DNA of 64,000 nt. Source: Nitrospinaceae bacterium. Its GTDB lineage: Bacteria > Nitrospinota > Nitrospinia > Nitrospinales > Nitrospinaceae. The stretch spans positions 2,208,001 through 2,272,000 of the forward strand of contig OZ250172.1 in NCBI GenBank assembly GCA_965237905.1. The letters are read 5' to 3'. The notes under the pieces are model-generated. The model searched no databases, was not told the origin of the DNA, and saw only the letters and a list, made by a program, of their open reading frames with translations. This document shows, piece after piece, positions 29,327 to 40,717 of the stretch. The position numbers were made by a program, and so were the translations under genes. Position 1 is the stretch's first letter. Every line of letters begins with the position of its first letter.

Positions 29327-30385
29327 CTATGTTTTTGGCTTCCATTCGTCGGCCAGTTTCTTAGCCTTGACGACTTGGGCAGGAGTCATTTTCTTCCCAA
29401 TAATATCTCGACTGCGAATGGCTTCTTCATAACCTTCCTTATGCTTTTGTGAGTTGGGGGTAGATAAGATGTACCACATATAAGCCAGAACATAATCTTG
29501 CGGAACCCCCTTGCCATCCGCATACATTTCTCCCAAGTTGTATTGGGCTGAGTACTCCCCCCTCTCCGCTGCTTTACGAAACCACTTGATCGCCTCGGCA
29601 TAATCCCGCGGGACGCCTGAACCTTTGCGATACATAAATCCAAGGTTGGTTTGAGCAAAAACATCTCCCTGGTCTGCGGCTTTGCGGTACCACGAAATCG
29701 CTTCTGCATAATCCTGCGGAAGGCCCGCTTCCCCAAGCTTATACATTTCTCCCAAGTTGTTTTGGGATTGGGCGTTTCCCTGCTCCGCAGCTTGTCGGTA
29801 TAGTTTTTCAGCTTTAACATAATCCTGTGGCACGCCTTCGCCATTGAGATACCTATTCCCAAGATTGACCTGACCAGCGACATTTCCCTGCTCTGCTGCT
29901 TTACGAAACCACTTGATCGCCTCAACATAATTCCTCGGGACGCCCTTGCCATTCGCATACATCAATCCAAGGGAATTCTGACTGTCGGCATTTCCCTGCT
30001 CCGCTGCTTTACGAAACCACTTGACCGTCTCGGCATAATTTTGTGGGACACCATTGCCTTGGGAATACAGAAATCCAAGGTTTGTCTGGGCATAAGCATT
30101 TCCCTGCTCTGCTGCCTTGCGGTACCATTTTGCCGCCTCCGTGTAATCCTGAGGGACACCGCTGCCTCCCACGTACATTACCCCAAGGTAGGTTTGGGCA
30201 TTAGAATCTCCCTGTTTGGCAAGAGGTTCAAGTTTTTCAAGAGCCTTCTTATAGTCGCCTGCTTGAAACGCTGCTGCTCCTTCATTATATGGATCAGCCT
30301 TGGAGCAGGCTTGAGTTCCTAACAGAAGGCTAAGAATCAGTAGGTGCTGAGAGCAAATAATGGCGATCTTCGGGTAGGATTTCAT
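29327..30385 (-). CDS. Sel1-repeat protein, probable lipoprotein
   Basis: About 7 36-aa repeats AQxNLGxMYxxGxGVPQDYxEAxKWFRKAAEQG. Confidence 0.92.
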   Translation of the reverse strand: MKSYPKIAIICSQHLLILSLLLGTQACSKADPYNEGAAAFQAGDYKKALEKLEPLAKQGDSNAQTYLGVMYVGGSGVPQDYTEAAKWYRKAAEQGNAYAQTNLGFLYSQGNGVPQNYAETVKWFRKAAEQGNADSQNSLGLMYANGKGVPRNYVEAIKWFRKAAEQGNVAGQVNLGNRYLNGEGVPQDYVKAEKLYRQAAEQGNAQSQNNLGEMYKLGEAGLPQDYAEAISWYRKAADQGDVFAQTNLGFMYRKGSGVPRDYAEAIKWFRKAAERGEYSAQYNLGEMYADGKGVPQDYVLAYMWYILSTPNSQKHKEGYEEAIRSRDIIGKKMTPAQVVKAKKLADEWKPKT

Positions 30386-30600
30386 ACGTAACAATCTCTT
30401 TTTGAACAGGATGGCCTAATATATATCGGTTGGCCTGTGCAGTCAAATTTCAGATGTATACCACTTTTGGGATTCATTTTTCCCGGCACCGGAGAATTTA
30501 CAGAGAAGGGAGAAAGGAGGCAAGAAACCCAGAGAGTTAATAAAGTATTCCGATTTTTGCGACACCGGTACCCCTCTGGATAATTTGAGGGGTGGCACTC

Positions 30601-30978
30601 TTATTTTCTGTTGTGGGACTTTAGTGATTTTTGGATGGTTTTCCATTCGGGGCCGATGGCTTTAAGGGCTTTGGTTTCCATGGTGCGGTAGAGATCCAGC
30701 AGATCCCGGCCTTCGACGGTCAGTTGCGCGCCGCCTCCGCCTTTCCCGCCTTTAACCCGTGCCACCAGCGGATGTTTGAAGCAGTGGTTCATGGTATCGA
30801 CCAGGTCCCACGCCCGGCGGTAGCTGAGTCCCAGCTCGCGTGCTCCGGCGGAGATGGACCCGGTGCGCTCGATAGCCTCCAGCAGGTCCACTTTACCTGG
30901 GCCCAGGGCGATATCTTTTCCGGCCTTGATGCGGATACGGGGACGGCAGGTGAATTTGGGTTGTTTGGATCCAGCCAA
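30601..30978 (-). CDS. ModE-like winged-helix protein (no molybdate-binding domain)
   Basis: LGPGKVDLLEAI..TGSIS..ARELGLSYRRAW, GGKGGGGAQLT; TTG start inferred. Confidence 0.85.
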   Translation of the reverse strand: MAGSKQPKFTCRPRIRIKAGKDIALGPGKVDLLEAIERTGSISAGARELGLSYRRAWDLVDTMNHCFKHPLVARVKGGKGGGGAQLTVEGRDLLDLYRTMETKALKAIGPEWKTIQKSLKSHNRK

Positions 30979-30988
30979 GGAGCTCTCT

Positions 30989-31855
30989 TTACTTTTTGGG
31001 AGGGGGCAGGCGGGTGATGCCCACCACATTCGGAATCGGCCAGGCCAGGGAATTGGCGTCGGTTTCACTGGCTCCGGTCGAATAACTGCCCACGAATTCC
31101 AGTTCGTTTTTTCCTGAGTGAATAAACATCTGGGCTTCGGAACCGCCTTCCACATACATGGCTCGTTTCAATTGGATAGGCAGTTTCAGTAGATTGTCGA
31201 TCAGGTCGTGCGTGCTGAATGGGGAGCGCACATGGATAAACAGAATGTCTCCTTTTTGATTCATCCCGATGGCCGCAGTGCTCCATTTTTTATCCTGCTG
31301 TTCCCAGACGTTTTTACCGTTGCAGGAAATCATGCGGATGCTTTGGATCAACGTGTGGTACAGCTTCCGTAATTGGTCCACGCTCTGGCAATCCCGGTCC
31401 AGAATTTGGGTGCGTGACAGAGACTTCTTTTTGGGATCAAAGACCAGCAATGCGCGATCTTTGGAGTACCAGGGGTTGTTGACGTGGCCGAAGGTTTTCA
31501 TCAGGGAGACGCTGGTGAGTTTGTCGGCCTGGTACATGCTGGCGTTGATGGCCGCAACCATTCCGTTTTTCCGGGCCCACTGTTTGGCCGACAGGCGTTT
31601 GCCCCCGGGCGATGCCGAGGCATTCAGGAGCCGGAATTGAAACCGATTGGGGTCGATCTTCAATATTCGGATCAGATTGTCGCCTACGGGGGATTTATCA
31701 GGCGAAATAAAGGCCCCAAATTCCAGCCCTGGTTCCAATTGAATCCACGGTTTCTGTTTCGATTTGTTTTGGGCGGCGGGGTCTTGGGAAAGGAGCCCGA
31801 GGCCTGCCAGAGCCGCTACAATAAGGGCCAGGCAGGTGAAGATTCTTTGAGTCAT
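30989..31855 (-). CDS. Phosphodiester glycosidase (NAGPA/DUF2233)-like exported protein
   Basis: Signal peptide, AAINASMY, STAAIG, AMYVEGG, IPNVVG. Confidence 0.7.
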   Translation of the reverse strand: MTQRIFTCLALIVAALAGLGLLSQDPAAQNKSKQKPWIQLEPGLEFGAFISPDKSPVGDNLIRILKIDPNRFQFRLLNASASPGGKRLSAKQWARKNGMVAAINASMYQADKLTSVSLMKTFGHVNNPWYSKDRALLVFDPKKKSLSRTQILDRDCQSVDQLRKLYHTLIQSIRMISCNGKNVWEQQDKKWSTAAIGMNQKGDILFIHVRSPFSTHDLIDNLLKLPIQLKRAMYVEGGSEAQMFIHSGKNELEFVGSYSTGASETDANSLAWPIPNVVGITRLPPPKK

Positions 31856-32110
31856 GGGTTCGCCTTTTAAAATCTTAAGGGTGATTTCAGCCAACAAGAC
31901 AACGGGAGCTCCAAGATGGCCAAGCTCAAGACTTCAGGGCTGATTATATCAGGAATTCGATGCAGATCAGGCGTAAATTCATGAATTCGTTTATGTTGTT
32001 TTTCGCTCCAGTAGGGGAAGGAAAGTGCCAAACATGGTGAAATTGTGCAACCACCGGTTGATTACGGTAAGAATTTGTTTATAATAGATTAACTTTAAAT
32101 GTATCATTGA

Positions 32111-32125
32111 ATAATGATTCATTAT
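32111..32125. promoter_or_regulatory. Fur-family-like palindromic operator
   Basis: ATAATGA-T-TCATTAT perfect 7-1-7 repeat downstream of TTGATT-N16-TATAAT (32058-32085). Confidence 0.45.
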
Positions 32126-32206
32126 GAGAAGTCTTTTGCTAATTTAAGATCCTGACTTCGGAATTTTACATTCTCTGATATTAAATCCTAAGAAAAAGGT
32201 GTATAC

Positions 32207-32680
32207 ATGAGCTTATTGGTGCGATTTGGGTCTGTTTTTTTGATGGTTCTGCTGGTAGGATGTGCCTCTCAGGGTGGAGGCGATGACGCGGCTTCCAAGA
32301 AAGCAGAGGGTTCCGGTGGCGAAGTCCAGATGAAATCCATGGATATGGGTGTGACCATCACCAAACCGGCAGCAATGGCCGACGTGGCCAGTCCCGTCGA
32401 AATTTGTATGGAAACCAAGGGCTATACCGTTGAGCCTGCTAAAAATGGCGTCAACGCAGGGAAAGGGCACCATCACTTGATTATCGATGCGGACCTGCCC
32501 GATCTCAGTCAACCGGTACCCAAAGATGCACAGCACATCCATATGGGTGACGGGTCCAGTTGCAAAACAATTGAATTAGCCAAGGGGAAGATGTATACCA
32601 TTAAGGCTCTATTTGCCAAAGGCAACCACGTTCCTTACGATCCCCCGGTTACCGATTCCGTAGTTGTTTTTGTAAAGTAA
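32207..32680 (+). CDS. DUF4399-domain lipoprotein
   Basis: Lipobox LVGC; GHHHLIID, HIHMGDG. Confidence 0.85.
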   Translation: MSLLVRFGSVFLMVLLVGCASQGGGDDAASKKAEGSGGEVQMKSMDMGVTITKPAAMADVASPVEICMETKGYTVEPAKNGVNAGKGHHHLIIDADLPDLSQPVPKDAQHIHMGDGSSCKTIELAKGKMYTIKALFAKGNHVPYDPPVTDSVVVFVK

Positions 32681-32704
32681 AAATAAATCAAATGGGAGAT
32701 GGCC

Positions 32705-32872
32705 ATGAACATTTTGTGTAGAGTTTTAGCAGTATTCTTTATTTTGATCCTCGTTGGTTGTGAAACGACAGGCGGCGGTGGTGGGGCACCCAGTGTCTCA
32801 AGTAGCGGCGGGATGACTGACGAACAACTCGTAAAAATGGGTATCAAAGAGACGTACCAACATAGACAGTAA
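32705..32872 (+). CDS. Small lipoprotein (55 aa)
   Basis: Manual translation MNILCRVLAVFFILILVGCETTGGGGG...; GGAG RBS; absent from ORF track. Confidence 0.7.
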   Translation: MNILCRVLAVFFILILVGCETTGGGGGAPSVSSSGGMTDEQLVKMGIKETYQHRQ

Positions 32873-32890
32873 TCTTGTTTGATTCAAGAC

Positions 32891-32921
32891 GCGCGGGCCT
32901 GAAAAGGTCCGCGTTTTTTTT
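32891..32921 (+). terminator. Intrinsic terminator
   Basis: GCGCGGGCCT-GAAA-AGGTCCGCGT then T-run. Confidence 0.8.
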
Positions 32922-32934
32922 GCCTGAAACCGGC

Positions 32935-33636
32935 TTACCGGGAATCGGACAGGGTCAGGAATTCCGATAGGCTTTCCAGGATGATGTCCGCGCCGGGAAA
33001 ATCAATGTTTTGATTGAGGCGGTTTCTGACAATGATGCAGGCCATGCCTGCCTCACGGGCGGCGGTGAGGCCCTTCAACGCGTCTTCCACCACCACGCAT
33101 TGTGCCGCCGGCAGGTCCAGTTCCCGTGCCGCCTCCAGGAAAATATCGGGAGAGGGTTTTTCCGGCCGGGGCGGGTCTTTGCCTAGAATGGTTTGAATCA
33201 GCGAATCCGCATTTTCGTTTTTGAGAATGGCGCGGATGTCGTGAGCCCACGAACCGGAAGCGATCGCCACCTTGAACCGGCCATTTAATTTCTGGATAAA
33301 TTGTTTGGCTTCGGGAAACAACTTGATGTCTCCGCTCTGGCAGAACCGGGAGTAGATTTCGAATTTCTGTTGCCGCATCTCTTCCGGCTTTACGTCCAGC
33401 TTTAAGTTGTAGCGCTCTATCTCTCCCTGAATGCCCTTGCCTTTGGAGGTGAACTCCACCCAGTACTCATCCGGATCGATGCTGTGCCCATACCGTTCAA
33501 AAACTTCGTTGTAGGCGCGGTAATGGAACGGCTCTGAATCGGCGATCAAGCCGTCGAAATCGAGAATGACGCCTGCGCGCTGGTCCAGCAGTGCCTTCAA
33601 TTTGTGACTTCTTTCCGGGGAACCGGTTTCGCTCAT
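32935..33636 (-). CDS. HAD-family phosphatase
   Basis: DFDGLIADSE, KPSPDIF, VVEDALKG. Confidence 0.9.
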   Translation of the reverse strand: MSETGSPERSHKLKALLDQRAGVILDFDGLIADSEPFHYRAYNEVFERYGHSIDPDEYWVEFTSKGKGIQGEIERYNLKLDVKPEEMRQQKFEIYSRFCQSGDIKLFPEAKQFIQKLNGRFKVAIASGSWAHDIRAILKNENADSLIQTILGKDPPRPEKPSPDIFLEAARELDLPAAQCVVVEDALKGLTAAREAGMACIIVRNRLNQNIDFPGADIILESLSEFLTLSDSR

Positions 33637-33664
33637 AATGGTGAGAAGGGATAAAGGAATTGAT

Positions 33665-34357
33665 TCAACGATAAACAGAATCTCCGAGGCGGTCATTGCG
33701 CACCTTCCACCAGCTGGTATCTTTGCTGTCCCAGGACCAGTAGATCCATTGTGCCTTGCCGCGTAAATTTTTCAGGTCCAAAACTCCCCACATCCGGCTG
33801 TCATGACTGTTTTCGCGGTTGTCTCCCATGACAAATATATGTTCTTCCGGGATGCGCAGAGGAGCCATGTTGTCCCTGGGGACCAGTGAAGACGGGGGTT
33901 CCGAGTGATGCGCATAGGGTTCTTTTAGCAATTTGTCGTTGATATAGACCCTTTGATTGATCACCTGAATGGTTTCACCCGGCAGGCCGACCACCCGCTT
34001 GATAAAATCTTTGTCCGGTTCCATGGGAAATTTGAAAACGACAATATTTCCACGTTCCGGAACGCTGGAAAAAAAATGATAGTCCGGAAACAGTTGGATA
34101 CTGGTAAACGGGATTTCGTTGGGAACATGGATGCTGTAGCTGAATTTGGAAACCAAAAGATGGTCCCCTATCAGCAAGGTTGGCTCCATCGACCCTGACG
34201 GAATTTTGAACGCCTGAATGATGAAGGTCCGAATCAGCAAGGCCAGGATCAGTGCAATGATCAGCGCTTCCGCGTATTCCCGGACAACGGTTTTCTGCGG
34301 TTTCCCGGCCTTCAGTACTTCTGCCGATTCTTCAGTATTTTCAGGTTTATTTGACAT
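33665..34357 (-). CDS. lepB: Signal peptidase I
   Basis: [28 protein letters not shown]. Confidence 0.95.
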   Translation of the reverse strand: MSNKPENTEESAEVLKAGKPQKTVVREYAEALIIALILALLIRTFIIQAFKIPSGSMEPTLLIGDHLLVSKFSYSIHVPNEIPFTSIQLFPDYHFFSSVPERGNIVVFKFPMEPDKDFIKRVVGLPGETIQVINQRVYINDKLLKEPYAHHSEPPSSLVPRDNMAPLRIPEEHIFVMGDNRENSHDSRMWGVLDLKNLRGKAQWIYWSWDSKDTSWWKVRNDRLGDSVYR

Positions 34358-36149
34358 CCGTTCTCAGTACCGCCAGAAATGCTTCCTGCGGAATTTCCAC
34401 TTTGCCGATGAGTTTCATTTTCTTTTTGCCGGCTTTTTGTTTCTCCAGCAATTTTCGTTTTCGGGTGATGTCACCGCCGTAGCATTTGGCCAGCACGTTT
34501 TTACGGAGGGCTTTGACGGCCTCCTTGGCGATGACTTTACCGCCGACCGAGGCCTGGATGGCCACCTCGAACATTTGCCGGGGAATTTGCTCCTTGAGTT
34601 TTTTAACCAGCTCCCGACCCCGATGGTACGCTTTGTCTTTGTGAGAGATCATCGAAAGCGCGTCCACCAGCTCCCCATTGAACAGGATGTCCAACTTTAC
34701 CAGATTTGATTCCCGAAAATCTATAAAATCATAATCGAACGAAGCGTATCCTTTGGTCGAGGACTTGAGCTGGTCGTAAAAATCGAGAACGATTTCACTG
34801 AACGGCATATCGTATTGCAGGAGCACGGTTTTGGGGGTCAGGTATTCCATTTTGGTTTGAATGCCGCGGCGGTCACGCGTGAGGGACATGATGGTGCCCA
34901 CATATTCCTCCGGTACGATGATGGTTCCCGTCACGTACGGTTCCTCAATCCGGTCGGCCCGCGTTTGTCTGATCAGGTTCACCGGGTTGTCGATCATTTC
35001 CTCTTTCCCGTTTTCGTGAATCAGCCGGTAGATAACGGTGGGTGCCGTGGTTAAGAGTTCCACCCGGTATTCCCGCTCCAGCCGTTCGCGCACAATCTCC
35101 ATATGCAGGAGTCCCAGAAATCCGCAACGGAACCCGAATCCCAGCGCCGCCGAGGTTTCCGGTTCGTAAGTGAACGAGGAGTCGTTCAACCGGAGTTTCT
35201 TGAGCGCGTCGCGGAGCGGTTCGTAGTGGTCGCCCTGAATGGGATAGAGACCACTGAACACCATGGGTTTGACCTCCTTGTACCCTGTCAGCGGTTTTTC
35301 GCACGGACGGCCCACTTCGGTGATGGTATCGCCGATATGGGTCTGGTCGAGTTGCTTGATGCCGGCGATGATGTATCCCACCTCGCCCGCGCTCAATTGT
35401 TTGACCCGGCAGGGGGCGGGGGTAAAAGTGCCCAGCTCCTCCACCTCGAACTGATTGCCCGTCGCTATCATCCGTATGTTCATGCCCTCTGTGATCGTGC
35501 CATCCATCACCCGGGTCAGGGTGATCACGCCCCGGTAGGAGTCGTACCAGGAATCGAACAGCAGGCTTTTAACAGGATCTTTGGTCTTGCCCGATGGTGG
35601 AGGAATCAGGCGAACCACCGCTTCCAGGATTTCTTTGATGCCAATGCCCTCCTTGGCGCTGGCCAGAATCGCGTCCGACGAATCGATCTGCAAAACGTCC
35701 TCCAGTTGCTCCATCACCGCTTCCGGATTGGCGCTGGGCAGGTCGATTTTGTTGATGACGGGAAGGATATACAGATTGTGTTGCATCGCCAGGTTGACGT
35801 TGGCGATGGTTTGCGCCTGAATGCCCTGCGAAGCGTCGACCACCAATAGAACGCCCTCGCAGGCCGCCAGGCTCCGCGACACTTCGTAGGTGAAATCGAC
35901 ATGGCCGGGGGTATCGATCATGTTGAAGATGTAATTCTCTCCGTCATCCGCCTTATAGTGGAGGCGCACGGTCTGTGCCTTGATGGTGATGCCGCGCTCG
36001 CGTTCCAGGTCCATGCTGTCCAGAACCTGCTCCTTCATCTCTCTTTCCTGCAGGCCGCCGGTTTCGAGAATCAGTTTGTCCGCCAGCGTGGACTTGCCGT
36101 GGTCGATGTGGGCGATGATGGAAAAATTGCGTATGTTTTTTAATGGCAT
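34347..36149 (-). CDS. lepA: Elongation factor 4
   Basis: [36 protein letters not shown]. Confidence 0.98.
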   Translation of the reverse strand: MPLKNIRNFSIIAHIDHGKSTLADKLILETGGLQEREMKEQVLDSMDLERERGITIKAQTVRLHYKADDGENYIFNMIDTPGHVDFTYEVSRSLAACEGVLLVVDASQGIQAQTIANVNLAMQHNLYILPVINKIDLPSANPEAVMEQLEDVLQIDSSDAILASAKEGIGIKEILEAVVRLIPPPSGKTKDPVKSLLFDSWYDSYRGVITLTRVMDGTITEGMNIRMIATGNQFEVEELGTFTPAPCRVKQLSAGEVGYIIAGIKQLDQTHIGDTITEVGRPCEKPLTGYKEVKPMVFSGLYPIQGDHYEPLRDALKKLRLNDSSFTYEPETSAALGFGFRCGFLGLLHMEIVRERLEREYRVELLTTAPTVIYRLIHENGKEEMIDNPVNLIRQTRADRIEEPYVTGTIIVPEEYVGTIMSLTRDRRGIQTKMEYLTPKTVLLQYDMPFSEIVLDFYDQLKSSTKGYASFDYDFIDFRESNLVKLDILFNGELVDALSMISHKDKAYHRGRELVKKLKEQIPRQMFEVAIQASVGGKVIAKEAVKALRKNVLAKCYGGDITRKRKLLEKQKAGKKKMKLIGKVEIPQEAFLAVLRTDVK

Positions 36150-36257
36150 GAAAATTTCGTGTTGGTCTTCAAATCAATGATAAGTCGTTTCAATCCGCGA
36201 AAGGACTGGGTTGATGGGAGGCGGGAGTCAGCCGGAAAGGCCCGCCGGAAACCGGGC

Positions 36258-37319
36258 CTACGTGGTGCCGGCATCCACCTGGGGAATCGATATCCCCGGG
36301 GACGATTTCCGTGAGGAAGTTTTAACGGTCCATTGCGTGGTTTGCCGTCGAGCCAATGGCAGGGGGTAGAGATCGGACAAACGGTGTAGATAGGCCTGCC
36401 AATCATTAAACCGGAGTTTGATTGCTTCGTAATCCTCGGCATTGTCGATATCCAACGCGGCTCCGGGAAGCGGGGATTCCAATCCCATGAATCGCGTGTC
36501 CATAATATTAGAGATGCATTCCTCCAGTCCCTGTTTGGGAACCCATGACCGGAAAACCCGCACCAGGGGTTTGAGGTTCATCCATGAAAAAAACAGGCCC
36601 AGCAGTAATCCGATGTAATACCGGTAGCGGCTCTTCTTGTCTTTGCCGATGAGTTTCCACCCGAAGAGTATCACGTTTTTAAAATTGCGCTGGTACCGGT
36701 AGTGGTACATCTGTTGTACATAATGACGGTTTCCTATTCGGATGGGTTTGACCAGATGCAAATTGTTGATCCGGTACCGACGTTCTTTAAGATGAAGATA
36801 CGCCATTTCGACTCCCGGTTTCCCCGGTTCTGGATAAAAGGCCCGGAGGTTTTCTTCCGGAGTCAAACCCAACAGCAGGTCATTATTTTTCAGGTCGCTG
36901 TTTTGAACGAAATAATCAATTTCGTGCGACGTGATCAATGGTGAATCGCAGGGAACCACCAGAACCGCCCGGTCCCGGTAGGGAGAATTCTCCAGTTTGT
37001 TTTCTGGCACCTCTTCCGGCAGGGTGTGCAGAAAGCTGTGCCAGACATTCTCATAGAGATTCCGCTTTTGTTCCAGAACGTGGATGGGTTTTGGGCTGAC
37101 CCTGTTGATGCCGTCTGCGTCCAGGTGTCTCAAAAGGGCGTCGCGCGGGCCTGTGATGGTGATGCTGCGGACGGACTCCGCCCCCTGCAATGCTTCAATC
37201 ACATAGCTGATCACACATTTTCCCTCGATCGGCAGGAAGGCTTTGTGCTGATGGTACACCTTGTAGCTGTCTTTGCCCTCCCCAGCGACCAATAGGGCAT
37301 CGTATTGTTTGAATTCCAT
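36258..37319 (-). CDS. MobA-like NTP transferase family protein
   Basis: ALLVAG..KAFLPIEGK, PCDSP, LDIDNAEDY. Confidence 0.7.
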   Translation of the reverse strand: MEFKQYDALLVAGEGKDSYKVYHQHKAFLPIEGKCVISYVIEALQGAESVRSITITGPRDALLRHLDADGINRVSPKPIHVLEQKRNLYENVWHSFLHTLPEEVPENKLENSPYRDRAVLVVPCDSPLITSHEIDYFVQNSDLKNNDLLLGLTPEENLRAFYPEPGKPGVEMAYLHLKERRYRINNLHLVKPIRIGNRHYVQQMYHYRYQRNFKNVILFGWKLIGKDKKSRYRYYIGLLLGLFFSWMNLKPLVRVFRSWVPKQGLEECISNIMDTRFMGLESPLPGAALDIDNAEDYEAIKLRFNDWQAYLHRLSDLYPLPLARRQTTQWTVKTSSRKSSPGISIPQVDAGTT

Positions 37320-37538
37320 GGCCACGCCCCTGCTGGATTCTGTCCTGAATAACACTCAATTATATAATATTAAAACCGGAAATAATTATCAAAATGCGAA
37401 ATTGGGCCATTCTCTTAAAAGGCCTATAAATCAAGGCGGTTTTTTTGCCGGAGAGCGATTTTGGGCCTTGATCTCCCTCGGGAATTTGATTATACACAGT
37501 ATTCATCTTTAACCGCTCCACCGGGAACCCTTCATTTC

Positions 37539-38657
37539 ATGTCTGCCAACACACCGTTAAAAACCACGCCGCTTTTTGAAATCCACAAAAAACTGAACGG
37601 GAAGATAGTGCCCTTTGCCGGGTGGAATATGCCCATCCAGTATGCCGGGGTGATCGAGGAACATCGGACCGTGCGCGAAGGGGTGGGGGTGTTCGATGTC
37701 AGCCATATGGGGGAACTGGACATCCGAGGCCGCGAGGCCAAACCGTTTCTCCAGAAATTACTGACCAACGATATGGACAAGCTGGATAATGGCGGCATCC
37801 TGTATTCGCTGATGTGCTATGAGAATGGGGGCGTGGTGGATGATTTGCTGGTGCACCGGTTCGAGCAGGATCATTATTTCCTGTGCGTCAACGCCTCCAA
37901 TACGGACAAGGATTTTGAGTGGGCCCGTGGACTGGCCGGAGAATTTGACGTGCAGGTGGATAACATCAGCGACCGCACCGCCCAGCTGGCGATTCAGGGT
38001 CCGCGTGCCGAGTCCCTGCTTCAGAAGCTGACCGATATTTCGCTGGGCGATCTGGCTTACTATCGTTTTCAGAAGGGCTGGGTGAGTGACGAAGAAGCCA
38101 TCATCGCCCGCACCGGTTATACCGGCGAGGATGGGTTTGAAATTTATATGGATGCGAGTTCAGCGGTTCCGGTGTTCGAATCCTTGTTGGAGACGGGTAA
38201 GGAATTTGATCTGCAACCGATCGGCTTGGGCGCGCGCGATACCCTGCGCCTGGAAATGGGCTACCCGCTTTACGGACAGGAGATCGATGCCGACCATTCA
38301 CCTCTGGAAGCGGGCTTGGGTTGGGTCATCAAACTCAAGAAAACCGACGCCTTTGTGGGGCAGAAACCTCTTATGAATCAAAAGGATAAAGGGTTGTCGC
38401 AAAAGCTGGTCGGGGTCAAATTGGTGGACCGTGGCGTGCCCCGTTCCCATTACCCGGTGTTGAATGACGGAACCTCAGTGGGCGAGGTGACTAGCGGTAC
38501 ATTTTCACCGACCTTGAATACCGGAGTAGCCTTGTGTAATGTACCCACGGAATTATCAAAACCCGGCACGCGGCTGGACATCGCCATCCGCAACTCGACG
38601 GTTGCGGGAGAGGTGACGTCCCTGCCTTTCGTTCCCAGCCGGGTGAAAAAGAAATAA
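37539..38657 (+). CDS. gcvT: Glycine cleavage T protein
   Basis: FDVSHMG, RTGYTGEDGFE, GLGARDTLRLE. Confidence 0.96.
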   Translation: MSANTPLKTTPLFEIHKKLNGKIVPFAGWNMPIQYAGVIEEHRTVREGVGVFDVSHMGELDIRGREAKPFLQKLLTNDMDKLDNGGILYSLMCYENGGVVDDLLVHRFEQDHYFLCVNASNTDKDFEWARGLAGEFDVQVDNISDRTAQLAIQGPRAESLLQKLTDISLGDLAYYRFQKGWVSDEEAIIARTGYTGEDGFEIYMDASSAVPVFESLLETGKEFDLQPIGLGARDTLRLEMGYPLYGQEIDADHSPLEAGLGWVIKLKKTDAFVGQKPLMNQKDKGLSQKLVGVKLVDRGVPRSHYPVLNDGTSVGEVTSGTFSPTLNTGVALCNVPTELSKPGTRLDIAIRNSTVAGEVTSLPFVPSRVKKK

Positions 38658-38741
38658 AACCCCTGAACCCCGGATGCTTCGAAATGCCGGGGTTCGGATT
38701 ATATTTTTCCATCGAACGAGAACAATAATAAGGAGGAAAGG

Positions 38742-39131
38742 ATGGAGGTCCCGAAAGATTTTCGGTATACACGTGAACATGAATGGCTGAAAGTGGATGG
38801 GGCCAAAGGAGTGGTCGGTATTACCCATTTCGCTCAGGACCAGTTGGGCGACGTGGTATTCGTCGAGGTGCCCGCTGTGGGAACGGAGTTGGCCGCGGAG
38901 AATACCTTTGGGGTGGTGGAGTCGGTCAAAACCGTATCCGATTTGTATTCCCCGGTCGCCGGCAAGGTAGTCGCCGTCAACAAAGACCTGGAAGCCAACC
39001 CTGAACTGGTCAACAAGGATCCCTACGGCAAAGGCTGGATGATCGAAATAGAACTGTCCGATTCCGGTGAGTCTGAGGGCTTGCTTTCGGCGGCAGATTA
39101 CGAAGCCTTCATCAAGGAACAGCAGGGATAA
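38742..39131 (+). CDS. gcvH: Glycine cleavage H protein
   Basis: HEW, AQDQLGD, VESVKTVSD lipoyl site. Confidence 0.96.
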   Translation: MEVPKDFRYTREHEWLKVDGAKGVVGITHFAQDQLGDVVFVEVPAVGTELAAENTFGVVESVKTVSDLYSPVAGKVVAVNKDLEANPELVNKDPYGKGWMIEIELSDSGESEGLLSAADYEAFIKEQQG

Positions 39132-39156
39132 TTTGCATCCCGCATCCAACTGACTC

Positions 39157-40500
39157 ATGCGCTATATCCCGCACACGGAAACCGATATTCGGGAAATGCT
39201 CTCGGCCATCGGCATCAAGGAGATAGGGGAGCTGTTCCACAGCATCCCGGAGGCGTTGCGTCTGGAGGCTCCTCTGGACCTGCCCCCTGCACTTCCCGAG
39301 GCGGACCTCACACAAGCCCTGAACCAACTGGCGAGCCGGAATGTGAACCTTGAAGAATGCTCCGTGTTTCTCGGTGCGGGGGCGTACCGGCATTTCACGC
39401 CGTCAGTCGTGAATCACCTCATTCTGCGCGGCGAGTTTCTGACCAGCTACACGCCTTATCAACCGGAAGTCAGCCAGGGCACCTTGCAGGCCATTTTCGA
39501 GTTTCAAAGCTTCGTCTCCATGCTCACCGGCATGGAGATCGCCAACGCATCGATTTATGACGGTGCGTCTTCATTGGCGGAAGCGGTGCTCATGGCGCAC
39601 CGCGTCAACAACCGCAACGAGGTGTTGATGGCCCGCACCGTCCATCCCGAATACCGGCAGGTGGTGGAGACGTATACGCGGGGCATCGATTTCAAAATTA
39701 CCGAAGTGCCGTATCAGGAAAACGGCCAGACGGATCTTGATTTTATCAAACAGCACGTAACCGATGACATCAGTTCGGTGGTGATCCAGTCGCCTAATTT
39801 TTTCGGCATCGTGGAACAGTACGCCGAGTTGGGAGAATTTCTGAAGGAAAAGGAAACCCTGTTGATCGTCGTGGTGGCGGAGGCGACGTCTCTTGGCATT
39901 TTGAAACCGCCCGGCGAACGGGGAGCAGACATCGTCGCCGGAGAAGGGCAGGGTTGGGGATTGCCGGTATCCTATGGCGGACCCCATGTCGGATTTTTCG
40001 CAACCAAGGAACCGTTTTTCAGACAGATTCCGGGGCGCATTGTGGGCGAGACGGTCGACCGCGCCGGCCAACGTTCCTACGCGCTGACCCTGGCGACACG
40101 CGAACAGCACATCCGCCGCGAAAAGGCGACGTCCAACATTTGTACCAATCAGGGCCTATGCGCGTTGGCGGCGACGATTTGGCTGGCGGCAATGGGCAAG
40201 CAGGGAGTGCGCGATGTCGCGCTCCAGAACCTGAAGACCGCCGACGCGCTCAAGAATAAACTACAACATCTAAAGGGCTTTGGCCTGCGGTTCCTGTCCG
40301 ATACCTATAATGAATTCGTGTTGGAATGCCCCGGACCGGCGCCGGAACTTCATGCCAAACTGTTGGAAGCTAATATCGTCGCCGGTTTGCCCTTGGGACA
40401 TTTTTACCCTGAGCTGGGTAATTGTCTACTCCTCTGCGCCACCGAAATGAACTCTCTGGAGAGCCTTGACCACTTCGCCGACCAACTGGGTTCCTTGTAA
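39157..40500 (+). CDS. gcvPA: Glycine dehydrogenase subunit 1
   Basis: YTPYQPEVSQG, REQHIRREKATSNICTNQ; 447 aa. Confidence 0.95.
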   Translation: MRYIPHTETDIREMLSAIGIKEIGELFHSIPEALRLEAPLDLPPALPEADLTQALNQLASRNVNLEECSVFLGAGAYRHFTPSVVNHLILRGEFLTSYTPYQPEVSQGTLQAIFEFQSFVSMLTGMEIANASIYDGASSLAEAVLMAHRVNNRNEVLMARTVHPEYRQVVETYTRGIDFKITEVPYQENGQTDLDFIKQHVTDDISSVVIQSPNFFGIVEQYAELGEFLKEKETLLIVVVAEATSLGILKPPGERGADIVAGEGQGWGLPVSYGGPHVGFFATKEPFFRQIPGRIVGETVDRAGQRSYALTLATREQHIRREKATSNICTNQGLCALAATIWLAAMGKQGVRDVALQNLKTADALKNKLQHLKGFGLRFLSDTYNEFVLECPGPAPELHAKLLEANIVAGLPLGHFYPELGNCLLLCATEMNSLESLDHFADQLGSL

Positions 40501-40717
40501 ATCTAAAACAGATCGAGAGGAATCTGGACCGGAGCCCTCCCCACCGACGGGTTTGGTAGGACCGCCATCTTCAATGAAATTGAAAAACTTTCGGGGAAAA
40601 GAGGGTTTTTTGATGTACAAACCGTAAATTTCGATTATCATTTAAAGGATCGACCACGTCCCAGTGGTATTCGATCCGGTCATTTAAGACCTTAACCGTG
40701 TAAAGGAGATCATACGC

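Noticed and set aside
29400..30220. 108-bp periodic nucleotide repeats as CRISPR or DGR
   Set aside because: They are in-frame Sel1 repeats; no spacers, cas genes or reverse transcriptase
37320..37538. Glycine riboswitch before gcvT; purine riboswitch near guaB/guaA; cobalamin riboswitch before nrdJ
   Set aside because: Conserved aptamer motifs not recognisable
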